Virus record (IMG/VR): IMGVR_UViG_3300043446_003177
Location: 96,001-160,000 of that record
Length of the DNA: 64,000 bases
Reading direction: 5' to 3' (one strand)
From: a virus
The position numbers were made by a program, and so were the translations under genes. Below, piece after piece: positions 21,176-29,543 of the stretch (position 1 is the first letter of the stretch; each line of letters opens with the position of its first letter). The notes under the pieces were generated by a model. That model was not told the DNA's origin. It ran no database searches and saw only the letters and a list, made by a program, of their open reading frames with translations.

Positions 21176-22573
21176 ATGCTTAATCCATTTTTTCTCCAAG
21201 GATCAAAAGGTGAGCAAAATCTTATACAAGATTTGATTAATGAACAAATTCAAATGTATGGAATTGAAGTTCATTACCTACCAAGAAGATTTTTGACCAC
21301 AAAGACTGTTATAAGAGAAGTAATAGAATCTACTTTTAGAGATGCTTATCCAATTGAAGCATATATTGAAAATTATGAAGGGTATGGTGGACAAGGAACT
21401 ATCCTTTCAAAATTTGGAATACAAGATCTAGATGATCTTACATTAGTAATTTCTAAAGAAAGATATGACTCTTACATCTACCCTTTAATACAATATCAGA
21501 ACATACCAGATACTGAACTAATTTCAAGACCTAAAGAAGGAGATTTAATTTATTTTCCTTTGGGTGATAGATTGTTTGAAATTAAATTTGTAGAGCATGA
21601 ACAACCTTTTTATCAACTAGGAAAAAATTATGTTTATGTTCTAAAATGCGAACTATTCAGAGCTTCAAATGAAGAAGTTGATACCAACATCGATTACATT
21701 GATGATAATGTAAAAGAAGACGGTTATATTCAATCTTTGACTTTGGCTGGTTCTGGAGTAACAGCAACTGCATATACTGGATTGGTAAATGGTGCGGTTT
21801 ATGGAGTAACTATTCTGAATAGAGGATCGGGATATGAATCACAACCAACAATTGTTTTTGAAAAATCTCCAGTTTCTGGGGGAACTGCAACTGGAACTGC
21901 AAATATGATTTCTGGGTTAGTTGATTGTAACGGAACAACATCCAAAAAAATTCAATCTATTATTATTACAAATCCGGGATTTGGATATACAGTAGCGCCA
22001 AAAGTAATTGCTCTGGGCGGCGGACCTGATGCATCTGGATTTATAGCAACTTGTTCTATTGGTGATGGAGTAGTAGGAGTAGTAACAATCACCAATGGTG
22101 GAACAGGATATCTAGTATCTTCTCCACCTGCCGTTGCATTTAGCACTGCACCTTACGGTGGTATAACAGCAACAGGAATTACCTCAGTAAGTACTGCTTC
22201 TACTATTTCTAATATATCAATGGCGAATCGTGGGGTTGGTTACATAACTACTCCAACAGTAACTATTGGAAACCCAGTTCTCATTGGATCAGGATCTTAT
22301 ATATTCAATGAGTATGTAATTGGAGGGATTAGTAGTACAACTGCAAGAGTATCTTCTTGGAATGGGGTAACGAGAATACTACAAATTTCAAAACCAGATG
22401 GAGAATTTATAGACGGAGAAACTTTAACAGGACAAGAATCTGGAGCTGTTTATAAAATATCTTACAAATCGGAATTTGATATTACTGATAAATACGCAAC
22501 AAATGATGAGATTGAAGTTGAATCCGATAATATCGTTGATTTCACTGAACGAAATCCTTTTGGTATGCCCTAA
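21176..22573 (+). CDS. gp14: Neck protein gp14 with inserted GxGY beta-repeat domain
   Basis: EQNLIQDLINEQIQMYGIEVHYLPR, RPKEGDLIYFPL, FEIKFVEHEQPFYQLGK, DFTERNPFG. Confidence 0.92.
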   Translation: MLNPFFLQGSKGEQNLIQDLINEQIQMYGIEVHYLPRRFLTTKTVIREVIESTFRDAYPIEAYIENYEGYGGQGTILSKFGIQDLDDLTLVISKERYDSYIYPLIQYQNIPDTELISRPKEGDLIYFPLGDRLFEIKFVEHEQPFYQLGKNYVYVLKCELFRASNEEVDTNIDYIDDNVKEDGYIQSLTLAGSGVTATAYTGLVNGAVYGVTILNRGSGYESQPTIVFEKSPVSGGTATGTANMISGLVDCNGTTSKKIQSIIITNPGFGYTVAPKVIALGGGPDASGFIATCSIGDGVVGVVTITNGGTGYLVSSPPAVAFSTAPYGGITATGITSVSTASTISNISMANRGVGYITTPTVTIGNPVLIGSGSYIFNEYVIGGISSTTARVSSWNGVTRILQISKPDGEFIDGETLTGQESGAVYKISYKSEFDITDKYATNDEIEVESDNIVDFTERNPFGMP

Positions 22574-22575
22574 AG

Positions 22576-22583
22576 GATAAATA
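22576..22583 (+). promoter_or_regulatory. Late promoter GATAAATA
   Basis: Intergenic NATAAATA upstream of gp15. Confidence 0.65.
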
Positions 22584-22610
22584 GTAAATAAGAAATATTG
22601 ATCTCCCATC

Positions 22611-23618
22611 ATGTTTGAGTATTTTTATCACGAAATTTTTAGGCGAACCATTATAGGGTTTGGAACTTTATTTAATAATATAACAATTAAAAAAACTGAT
22701 GATAATGGAAATGTGGTTTCTGAAACTAAAGTTCCTTTAGCTTATGGTCCCACCCAAAAGTTTCTGGCTAGATTAGAACAATCTCCCAATCTAAACAAAC
22801 CAGTTCAAATAACACTCCCAAGAATGTCTTTTGAATTTGTTGGGTTGAATTATGATACTACTAGAAAATTAACTCAAACACAAACTTTTTTAACTTCTTT
22901 AGCTTCAGATAATACTCAACCAAGAAAAGCATATCTACCAGTTCCATATAACATGGACTTTGAGTTGAGTATAATGACTACATTGAATGATGATATGCTC
23001 CAAATTGTAGAGCAAATTTTACCATACTTTCAACCATCATACAATTTAACAATTACTCTAGCTGGAGACATTGGAGAAAAAAGAGATATTCCGATTGTAT
23101 TCAATAATATAACGATGCAAGATGATTATGAAGGAAATTTTGATACTAGAAGGGCATTAATTTATACGCTAAGATTTACGGCAAAAACATATCTATTTGG
23201 CCCTATCGCATCTGCAGGAATTTCAAACGAAATTATCAAAAAAGTTTCTGTTGGATTTGTCGAGGGTGGAAAAACAACTTCACCAAGAAGAGACCTTACA
23301 TATACAGTTGAACCTCAAGCTACAAAAAATTATACTGGAAATGCAATTACCTTATTAACAGATAATGTTGAGCTAGAAACAAAGACATTCTCTGTTGCAG
23401 ATGCTTCCAGTCTAATTAAAAATACGGTTATTACAATAGATGATGAGACCATGAAGGTTTTATCAAAAACTGGAAATTCTATTACAGTAGAAAGAGGACT
23501 ATATGATACCAAAATCACTGAGCATGTATCTGGAACGAATCTTTATACAATAACAGAATCTGATAATGCACTAATTGAATTTGGGGATGATTTTGGATTT
23601 AATGGATTATTCACATGA
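22611..23618 (+). CDS. gp15: Tail sheath stabiliser/terminator gp15
   Basis: YFYHEIFRRTIIGFGTLFNNI, KVPLAYGPTQKFLARL, QIVEQILPYFQP. Confidence 0.93.
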   Translation: MFEYFYHEIFRRTIIGFGTLFNNITIKKTDDNGNVVSETKVPLAYGPTQKFLARLEQSPNLNKPVQITLPRMSFEFVGLNYDTTRKLTQTQTFLTSLASDNTQPRKAYLPVPYNMDFELSIMTTLNDDMLQIVEQILPYFQPSYNLTITLAGDIGEKRDIPIVFNNITMQDDYEGNFDTRRALIYTLRFTAKTYLFGPIASAGISNEIIKKVSVGFVEGGKTTSPRRDLTYTVEPQATKNYTGNAITLLTDNVELETKTFSVADASSLIKNTVITIDDETMKVLSKTGNSITVERGLYDTKITEHVSGTNLYTITESDNALIEFGDDFGFNGLFT

Positions 23619-24052
23619 AACTAATGAGCAAAAATTTTGATGAACTAAATGAGACGTTTAACGTCGAGAGTTCTATTGTCGAAACAGAAAAAGATGACTC
23701 CGCAATAAAACCTATTGAAGAAAATAGTAAAGTTGATGATATTCAAAAGGATTATGAATATACTAGAGGAAATTTATATTCTTTAATTGAAAAAGGACAA
23801 GAAGCTATAAATGGAATTTTAGAACTTGCTCAAGAAAGTGAAATGCCCAGAGCTTATGAAGTTGCTGGGCAATTAATAAAAAGTGTTGCTGATGCAACAG
23901 ATAAATTAATGGACTTACAAAAGAAGTTAAAAGATATTGATGAAAGTAAATCCTCCAGAGGACCAACTACAGTAAATAATGCTCTTTTTGTAGGATCTAC
24001 TGCGGATTTAGCAAAATTTTTAAAACAACAATCGCAAAATGAAAACGTTTAA
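23615..24052 (+). CDS. gp16: Terminase small subunit gp16
   Basis: DYEYTRGNLYSLIEKGQEA, PRAYEVAGQLIK, NNALFVGSTADL; the start may be 23624. Confidence 0.92.
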   Translation: MKLMSKNFDELNETFNVESSIVETEKDDSAIKPIEENSKVDDIQKDYEYTRGNLYSLIEKGQEAINGILELAQESEMPRAYEVAGQLIKSVADATDKLMDLQKKLKDIDESKSSRGPTTVNNALFVGSTADLAKFLKQQSQNENV

Positions 24053-24194
24053 AGAATTTCAAGAAGAGTGGAGCAATAAATATAAGAAGAGTATTAATTG
24101 CTCAAATCCTAAAGGATTTTCTCAACGCGCCCATTGTGCCGGTAGAAAGAAAAGAGCAAAAGGTGAACAGACTAAATCAAAACCAGTTGAATAA
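24039..24194 (+). CDS. 51-aa putative internal head protein with capsid-targeting sequence
   Basis: Not in the ORF track. MKTFKEFQEEWSNKYKKSINCSNPKGFSQRAHCAGRKKRAKGEQTKSKPVE; TAATG coupling to the next gene. Confidence 0.75.
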   Translation: MKTFKEFQEEWSNKYKKSINCSNPKGFSQRAHCAGRKKRAKGEQTKSKPVE

Positions 24195-25930
24195 TGCCCA
24201 AGATAAAGTCCCATAAAACAGTTGAACAAATTGCAAAGAAGCATCGCCTTGATGTTTCTTTCATACAGAAGCAACTTGATATGGGAGAACCCATTGAACA
24301 TGAGCATACAAAAGATCATGAATTAGCGATGGATATTGCTCTTCAACATCTTGATGAAATTCCAGATTATTATACTCGATTAAAAAAAATGGAGGCATCC
24401 GCCAAAAAAGAACATAAAAAATTTAAAGATGTTACTGAAGAGGGTCTTCGTGATTGGTTTGGAAAATCAAAATCAAAAGATGGAAAAGCGGGTTGGGTAA
24501 ACGTTGTAACTGGCGGAACATGCGCTAGTGATGAACCTGGAGAAGGAGTTCCAAAATGTGTCTCTTCTTCAAAAAGAGCGAGTATGACTCCAGCAGAAAG
24601 ACGTTCTGCATCAAGAAGAAAAAAAGCGGCAGATTCTGGACAACAAGAAAAATCTGGTGCTGCAAAACCAACCTATGTTTCTACAGATTCACCTAAAAAG
24701 AAAATGAAAGAAGAAATGGAAGTACAAGAAGAAAAAGATAAACCAAGTAAAGGTAGTGGTAAAAAAGATGCTTGCTATCATAAGGTAAAGGCAAGATATG
24801 ATGTTTGGCCTAGTGCATATGCATCTGGTGCATTGGTCAAATGTCGCAAAAAAGGTGCTGCAAATTGGGGTACAAAATCCGAAGCGGTAGAAGAAGAAAG
24901 ATTTTGTCCATTATGCGATAAAAGGGAAAAAAGATCAGAATGTTCTTATGGGGAAGAAGCTTGGGATAAAGTATCAATTAAAGATCATGAATATTCTATG
25001 GCTAGATCAGAAATAAAGAACATTATTGATGCTGCTAAAAGACTTGAAAAGAAAGTAGCAAAAGGTGAAGGATCTCTGGAAGCTTGGGTACAATCAAAAA
25101 TTACTAAGGCTGCAGACTACATTGATACTGCTGCAGATTATGTTGCAAGTGGAGAAATGGAAGAAGCATGTTGGACTGGATATAAGCAAGTGGGGATGAA
25201 AAAGAAAGGAAAAAAAATTGTTCCTAATTGTGTTCCAGCATCCGAAGAAAAACTAGTAGATAAAATTGTAAACGAAATTATTTCTGAAAAGCAAAATTCA
25301 AGTACAATTGAAGATGCAAATGGAAACAGTTTTGTTGAAGTAGTTAACTTGATTGAACCGGAACCAATCAAAGGATTTAAATCACAAATTGAAGAGGCAA
25401 CACGTTTGCAGTCACAAACTGGAAATATAGTTGCAGTAACTATATCTTGGAGAGGAAAATATTATGCAATGCGTATGTTTTTCCCTCAGGCAAAAGTTCC
25501 ATCAAGAAAAGAAATTAATGATGAGATTAAAAAAGTATATCCAAATTCTATAGTTGTTGCTCACTCAGTTTCCGAGTTTACTCCAGGACAACCCTTAATC
25601 CAAACTGGAGTTCAGGGTGGAAGTTACGGAAATCCAGGTCCAAGCAAAAATTATGTAAAAACAATGGGTGAAGACTGGCAGTCAGTCAATCGCAAAGATA
25701 AAACTGATGGTCTCAGTCAAAAAGCTGTAAATGCTTATCGTCGTGAGAATCCAGGTTCAAAACTTCAAACTGCAGTAACAGAAAAGAACCCAACAGGTAA
25801 AAGAGCATCTCGTCGCAAATCATTCTGCTCAAGGATGAGTGGTATGAAAAAAAGATTAACTTCCGCAAAAACTGCAAACGATCCAGATTCCAGAATCAAC
25901 AAAGCCCTTCGTCGTTGGAACTGCAACTAA
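24194..25930 (+). CDS. 578-aa modular basic polyprotein (DUF5661-, DUF5872-, DUF6321-like modules), putative gp21-processed head cargo
   Basis: Short modules separated by Glu-rich junctions (VTEE, VQEE, VEEE, EMEE, QIEE, TMGE); DUF names recalled from memory, unverified. Confidence 0.65.
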   Translation: MPKIKSHKTVEQIAKKHRLDVSFIQKQLDMGEPIEHEHTKDHELAMDIALQHLDEIPDYYTRLKKMEASAKKEHKKFKDVTEEGLRDWFGKSKSKDGKAGWVNVVTGGTCASDEPGEGVPKCVSSSKRASMTPAERRSASRRKKAADSGQQEKSGAAKPTYVSTDSPKKKMKEEMEVQEEKDKPSKGSGKKDACYHKVKARYDVWPSAYASGALVKCRKKGAANWGTKSEAVEEERFCPLCDKREKRSECSYGEEAWDKVSIKDHEYSMARSEIKNIIDAAKRLEKKVAKGEGSLEAWVQSKITKAADYIDTAADYVASGEMEEACWTGYKQVGMKKKGKKIVPNCVPASEEKLVDKIVNEIISEKQNSSTIEDANGNSFVEVVNLIEPEPIKGFKSQIEEATRLQSQTGNIVAVTISWRGKYYAMRMFFPQAKVPSRKEINDEIKKVYPNSIVVAHSVSEFTPGQPLIQTGVQGGSYGNPGPSKNYVKTMGEDWQSVNRKDKTDGLSQKAVNAYRRENPGSKLQTAVTEKNPTGKRASRRKSFCSRMSGMKKRLTSAKTANDPDSRINKALRRWNCN

Positions 25931-26247
25931 TGAAATCATTCAATCAATTTCTATCAGAAGCTGTAAACATTGCCGGAGATTTTAACGGCAATCTATACAT
26001 TAATAGTTCTGAAATGCAATCAGAACAGGTTAAAGAATCTTTTTTTGCTGATGTTGTATGGGAAGGGAGACTTTATCGCCTTGAAGTTGAAGGTAGCATG
26101 ATGAATAAAACAGAACTAGCTGAACAACTTCAAGATCAATATCCAGGGGTAATTGTTCACAATATTTACCCACAACAACCATCAAGTTCATTAAAAATTA
26201 AAAATACGCAAAGATACCAACCAGAAAGATTGACTTGGAGTGACTAA
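25930..26247 (+). CDS. Putative internal head protein with capsid-targeting sequence (105 aa)
   Basis: True start is likely ATG 25930 (TAATG overlap): MKSFNQFLSEAVNIAG... Confidence 0.7.
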   Translation: MKSFNQFLSEAVNIAGDFNGNLYINSSEMQSEQVKESFFADVVWEGRLYRLEVEGSMMNKTELAEQLQDQYPGVIVHNIYPQQPSSSLKIKNTQRYQPERLTWSD

Positions 26248-26249
26248 TT

Positions 26250-27581
26250 ATGGCTATTTGGAATAAAAATGATCAAGATTATCTAAATCAAGAACGATCT
26301 TTATTTGAAATTTTTGGTGTTGCAACTAGAGACGGAAAAATTGTAGATAAATTTAACAGATTTCCAGTTGATGTTCTTCCAGCAAATGCAGATGCCTTTG
26401 GAAGAACTAGGGTATCAAATCCTCTCACACTTTTTGACTCTTCGCACAGATATAGAGACAATAATCTGTGGACAAATTTGATTGTAGGCACTGGTTCTAC
26501 TGTTGGATTTGTGACTACACAGGGATTAATTAATATTGGTATTGGAACTACTGCTGGTTGTTCTGTGATTAGAGAAACTACAAAGGTGTTTTCTTATCAA
26601 CCAGGAAAGTCATTATTGATAATGAACACCTTTGTTCCTGAGACACCAAAAGCAAATCTAACACAAAGAGTTGGATATTTTGGTGCAGATAATGGTATCT
26701 ACTTTGAGATTGCTGGAATTGGAAGCACTTCAATCAGTTTTGTAGAAAGAAGTTTATCTATAGGAACAGAAACAAGAGTCCCACAAACAGAATGGAATAT
26801 TGATAAATTAGATGGAACTGGTGTTTCTGGAATTACTCTAGACCCATCTAAAGCACAAATTCTGTGGACTGATATTGAATGGTTAGGACTTGGAACCGTT
26901 AGAGTTGGATTTGTGATTGATGGTATATTCATTCACTGCCATTCTTTCCATCACGCAAATAAAATTCAGTCAACATATATGACTACTGCGTGTTTGCCTT
27001 TGAGGTATGAGATTGCAAATACTGGAATAACCACAAGTACAAGCACACTCAAACAAGTTTGTTCTACAGTGATTTCAGAAGGTGGTTATGAACTTCGTGG
27101 ATTGCAACAAGGTGTGGGAACTACTATCACATCTCCAGTAACTCTCGCAACAGCTGGAACCTATTATCCTATTATTTCATTAAGACTAAAAACATCCCCA
27201 AATAGATTAGATGCTATTGTAATTTTGACTGCTCTTTCCATTATGGGCATTACGAATAATGTTCATTATAACTGGAGAGTGCTTGCAAGTGCAGATACTA
27301 CTGGTGGTGGAACTTGGGTCAGTGCTGGGGTTGATAGTTCCGTTGAATATAAGATTGATGGTGGAAGTGTGACTGGAGGTAGAATATTAGCAGAGGGATA
27401 CAGTAGTGCATCTAATCAGGCAGTAACCGCAGTTGATATTCTCAAAGAAGCATTATTCAAATTCCAGTTAGAAAGAGATGGATTAACTGGAACTCCATAT
27501 GAATTAACAGTTGTTGCTTCTGCTAGTTTAGCAAATGCTAGTATTCACGCTTCAATGGATTGGGAAGAAGTTAGTAGGTAA
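26250..27581 (+). CDS. Conserved phage beta-rich hypothetical protein, probably virion-associated (443 aa)
   Basis: DAFGRTRVSNPLTLFDS, YQPGKS, DIEWLGLGTVRVGFVIDG; Thr/Gly/Ser-rich like neighbouring structural proteins. Confidence 0.6.
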   Translation: MAIWNKNDQDYLNQERSLFEIFGVATRDGKIVDKFNRFPVDVLPANADAFGRTRVSNPLTLFDSSHRYRDNNLWTNLIVGTGSTVGFVTTQGLINIGIGTTAGCSVIRETTKVFSYQPGKSLLIMNTFVPETPKANLTQRVGYFGADNGIYFEIAGIGSTSISFVERSLSIGTETRVPQTEWNIDKLDGTGVSGITLDPSKAQILWTDIEWLGLGTVRVGFVIDGIFIHCHSFHHANKIQSTYMTTACLPLRYEIANTGITTSTSTLKQVCSTVISEGGYELRGLQQGVGTTITSPVTLATAGTYYPIISLRLKTSPNRLDAIVILTALSIMGITNNVHYNWRVLASADTTGGGTWVSAGVDSSVEYKIDGGSVTGGRILAEGYSSASNQAVTAVDILKEALFKFQLERDGLTGTPYELTVVASASLANASIHASMDWEEVSR

Positions 27582-27587
27582 ATTATT

Positions 27588-29231
27588 ATGAGTGAAGTCT
27601 ATCTTGGTAATCCAAATCTTAAAAAAGCAAATACCCAAATTGAATTTACAGAAGATCAAATTATTGAATTCTTAAAATGTAAAGAAGATCCGGTTTACTT
27701 TGCAAAAAATTATGTAAAGATTGTAACTCTTGATTATGGTCTACAACCATTTAAACCATATCATTTCCAAGAGAAGTTAATTAATAATTTCCATAAGAAC
27801 AGATTTAATATCTGTAAGATGCCTCGACAGACAGGTAAATCCACTACAGTAGTGTCTTTCCTGCTCCACTATGCCGTCTTTAACGATAATGTTAACATAG
27901 GTATCCTAGCAAACAAAGCAGCGACCGCACGGGAGCTCCTGGATAGGTTACAGACTGCATATGAAAACCTACCCAAGTGGATGCAGCAAGGAATTATAGC
28001 TTGGAACAGAGGATCTCTTGAACTTGAAAATGGGTCAAAAATATTAGCGGCATCCACCTCTGCTTCCACAGTTCGTGGTATGTCTTTTAATATTATTTTC
28101 TTGGACGAATTTGCATTCGTCCCAAATCATATTGCCGACGATTTTTTTAGTTCGGTATATCCAACAATTTCTTCAGGTAAGTCCACAAAGGTTATAATCG
28201 TTTCAACTCCAAAGGGGATGAATCATTTTTACCGAATGTGGCATGATGCTGAAAGGGGTAAAAATGAATATGTATTTACCGACGTTCACTGGAGCGAAGT
28301 TCCAGGAAGAGATGAAAAGTGGAAAGAGCAGACAATTGCAAACACATCAGAACAGCAATTCAAAGTTGAGTTTGAATGTGAATTTTTAGGATCAGTAGAT
28401 ACTCTGATTGCGCCAAGCAAAATAAGAAATTTAGTATATGATCACCCAAGAAAAAGAAACGCAGGATTGGATGTTTATATAGATCCGCAAGAAAATCACG
28501 ATTATATTATTACAGTTGATGTTGCAAGAGGAGTTGGAAGTGATTACTCAGCTTTTGTAGTTGTGGATATAACACAGTTTCCACATAAGGTAGTTGCAAA
28601 ATACAGGAATAATGAAATCAAACCTATGCTATTTCCGAGTATCATTCACGAAGTAGCAAAGAGTTATAATAATGCTTATATTTTATGCGAAGTTAATGAT
28701 GTTGGAGATCAAGTTGCTAGTATTATCCAATATGATTTGGAATATAATAATTTACTCATGTGTTCTATGAGAGGAAGAGCCGGTCAAATTGTCGGACAAG
28801 GATTTTCTGGAAAGAAAACTCAACTCGGAGTTAAGATGTCCAAGACTGTTAAAAAGGTTGGATGCCTTAATTTAAAGACAATGATTGAGGAAGATAAGTT
28901 ACTCTTCAACGACTATGAAATTATAAGCGAACTAACAACATTCATTCAAAAACATAATTCCTTTGAAGCGGAAGAAGGATGTAATGATGATTTGGCGATG
29001 TGCCTGGTCATTTATGCTTGGTTAGTTGCTCAAGATTATTTTAAAGAATTAACTGATCAAGACGTTAGAAAAAGATTATACGAGGAGCAAAAAAATCAAA
29101 TAGAACAAGATATGTCTCCGTTTGGATTTATTATTGATGGTACAGAAGCCGATAGTTTTATAGATGCTGATGGAGACAGATGGTTTGCTGACGAATATGG
29201 AGATAGATCTTACATGTGGGAATATAGGTAA
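27588..29231 (+). CDS. gp17: Terminase large subunit gp17
   Basis: YLGNPNLKKAN, Walker A PRQTGKST, Walker B IIFLDEFAFV, VSTPKG, nuclease VDVARG...DYS, NDDLAM. Confidence 0.97.
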   Translation: MSEVYLGNPNLKKANTQIEFTEDQIIEFLKCKEDPVYFAKNYVKIVTLDYGLQPFKPYHFQEKLINNFHKNRFNICKMPRQTGKSTTVVSFLLHYAVFNDNVNIGILANKAATARELLDRLQTAYENLPKWMQQGIIAWNRGSLELENGSKILAASTSASTVRGMSFNIIFLDEFAFVPNHIADDFFSSVYPTISSGKSTKVIIVSTPKGMNHFYRMWHDAERGKNEYVFTDVHWSEVPGRDEKWKEQTIANTSEQQFKVEFECEFLGSVDTLIAPSKIRNLVYDHPRKRNAGLDVYIDPQENHDYIITVDVARGVGSDYSAFVVVDITQFPHKVVAKYRNNEIKPMLFPSIIHEVAKSYNNAYILCEVNDVGDQVASIIQYDLEYNNLLMCSMRGRAGQIVGQGFSGKKTQLGVKMSKTVKKVGCLNLKTMIEEDKLLFNDYEIISELTTFIQKHNSFEAEEGCNDDLAMCLVIYAWLVAQDYFKELTDQDVRKRLYEEQKNQIEQDMSPFGFIIDGTEADSFIDADGDRWFADEYGDRSYMWEYR

Positions 29232-29461
29232 TGGAAATTGATAAGCAATTAAAGTTAGGACATTTATTATTGGCGGATAGAACTTGCAGATGTTGTGGAG
29301 AAGTTAAGAATTTGATCGATGGATTTTATAGGACTCGTAAAAATAGAGGACCAGTAGCATCTTCGTATTCTTACGAATGTAAAGAATGTGCAATTAAAAG
29401 AATCATAAGAAGAAAATCTTTGCCAAAAAATACTTCTAAATGGGAATATCCTGACTGGTAG
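29231..29461 (+). CDS. Small zinc-ribbon protein
   Basis: CRCC...FY...SYECKEC; TAATG coupled to gp17; no nuclease domain. Confidence 0.7.
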   Translation: MEIDKQLKLGHLLLADRTCRCCGEVKNLIDGFYRTRKNRGPVASSYSYECKECAIKRIIRRKSLPKNTSKWEYPDW

Positions 29462-29501
29462 TCAGTTCACGTCATGTTTCCCCCATGAAAAGTAACTTTT
29501 T

Positions 29502-29509
29502 AATAAATA
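29502..29509 (+). promoter_or_regulatory. Late promoter AATAAATA
   Basis: Intergenic, upstream of the gp18 RBS (GGAG) and ATG. Confidence 0.65.
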
Positions 29510-29543
29510 TTTTTTAGATAAACTGAGATTTACGGAGAAAAAC

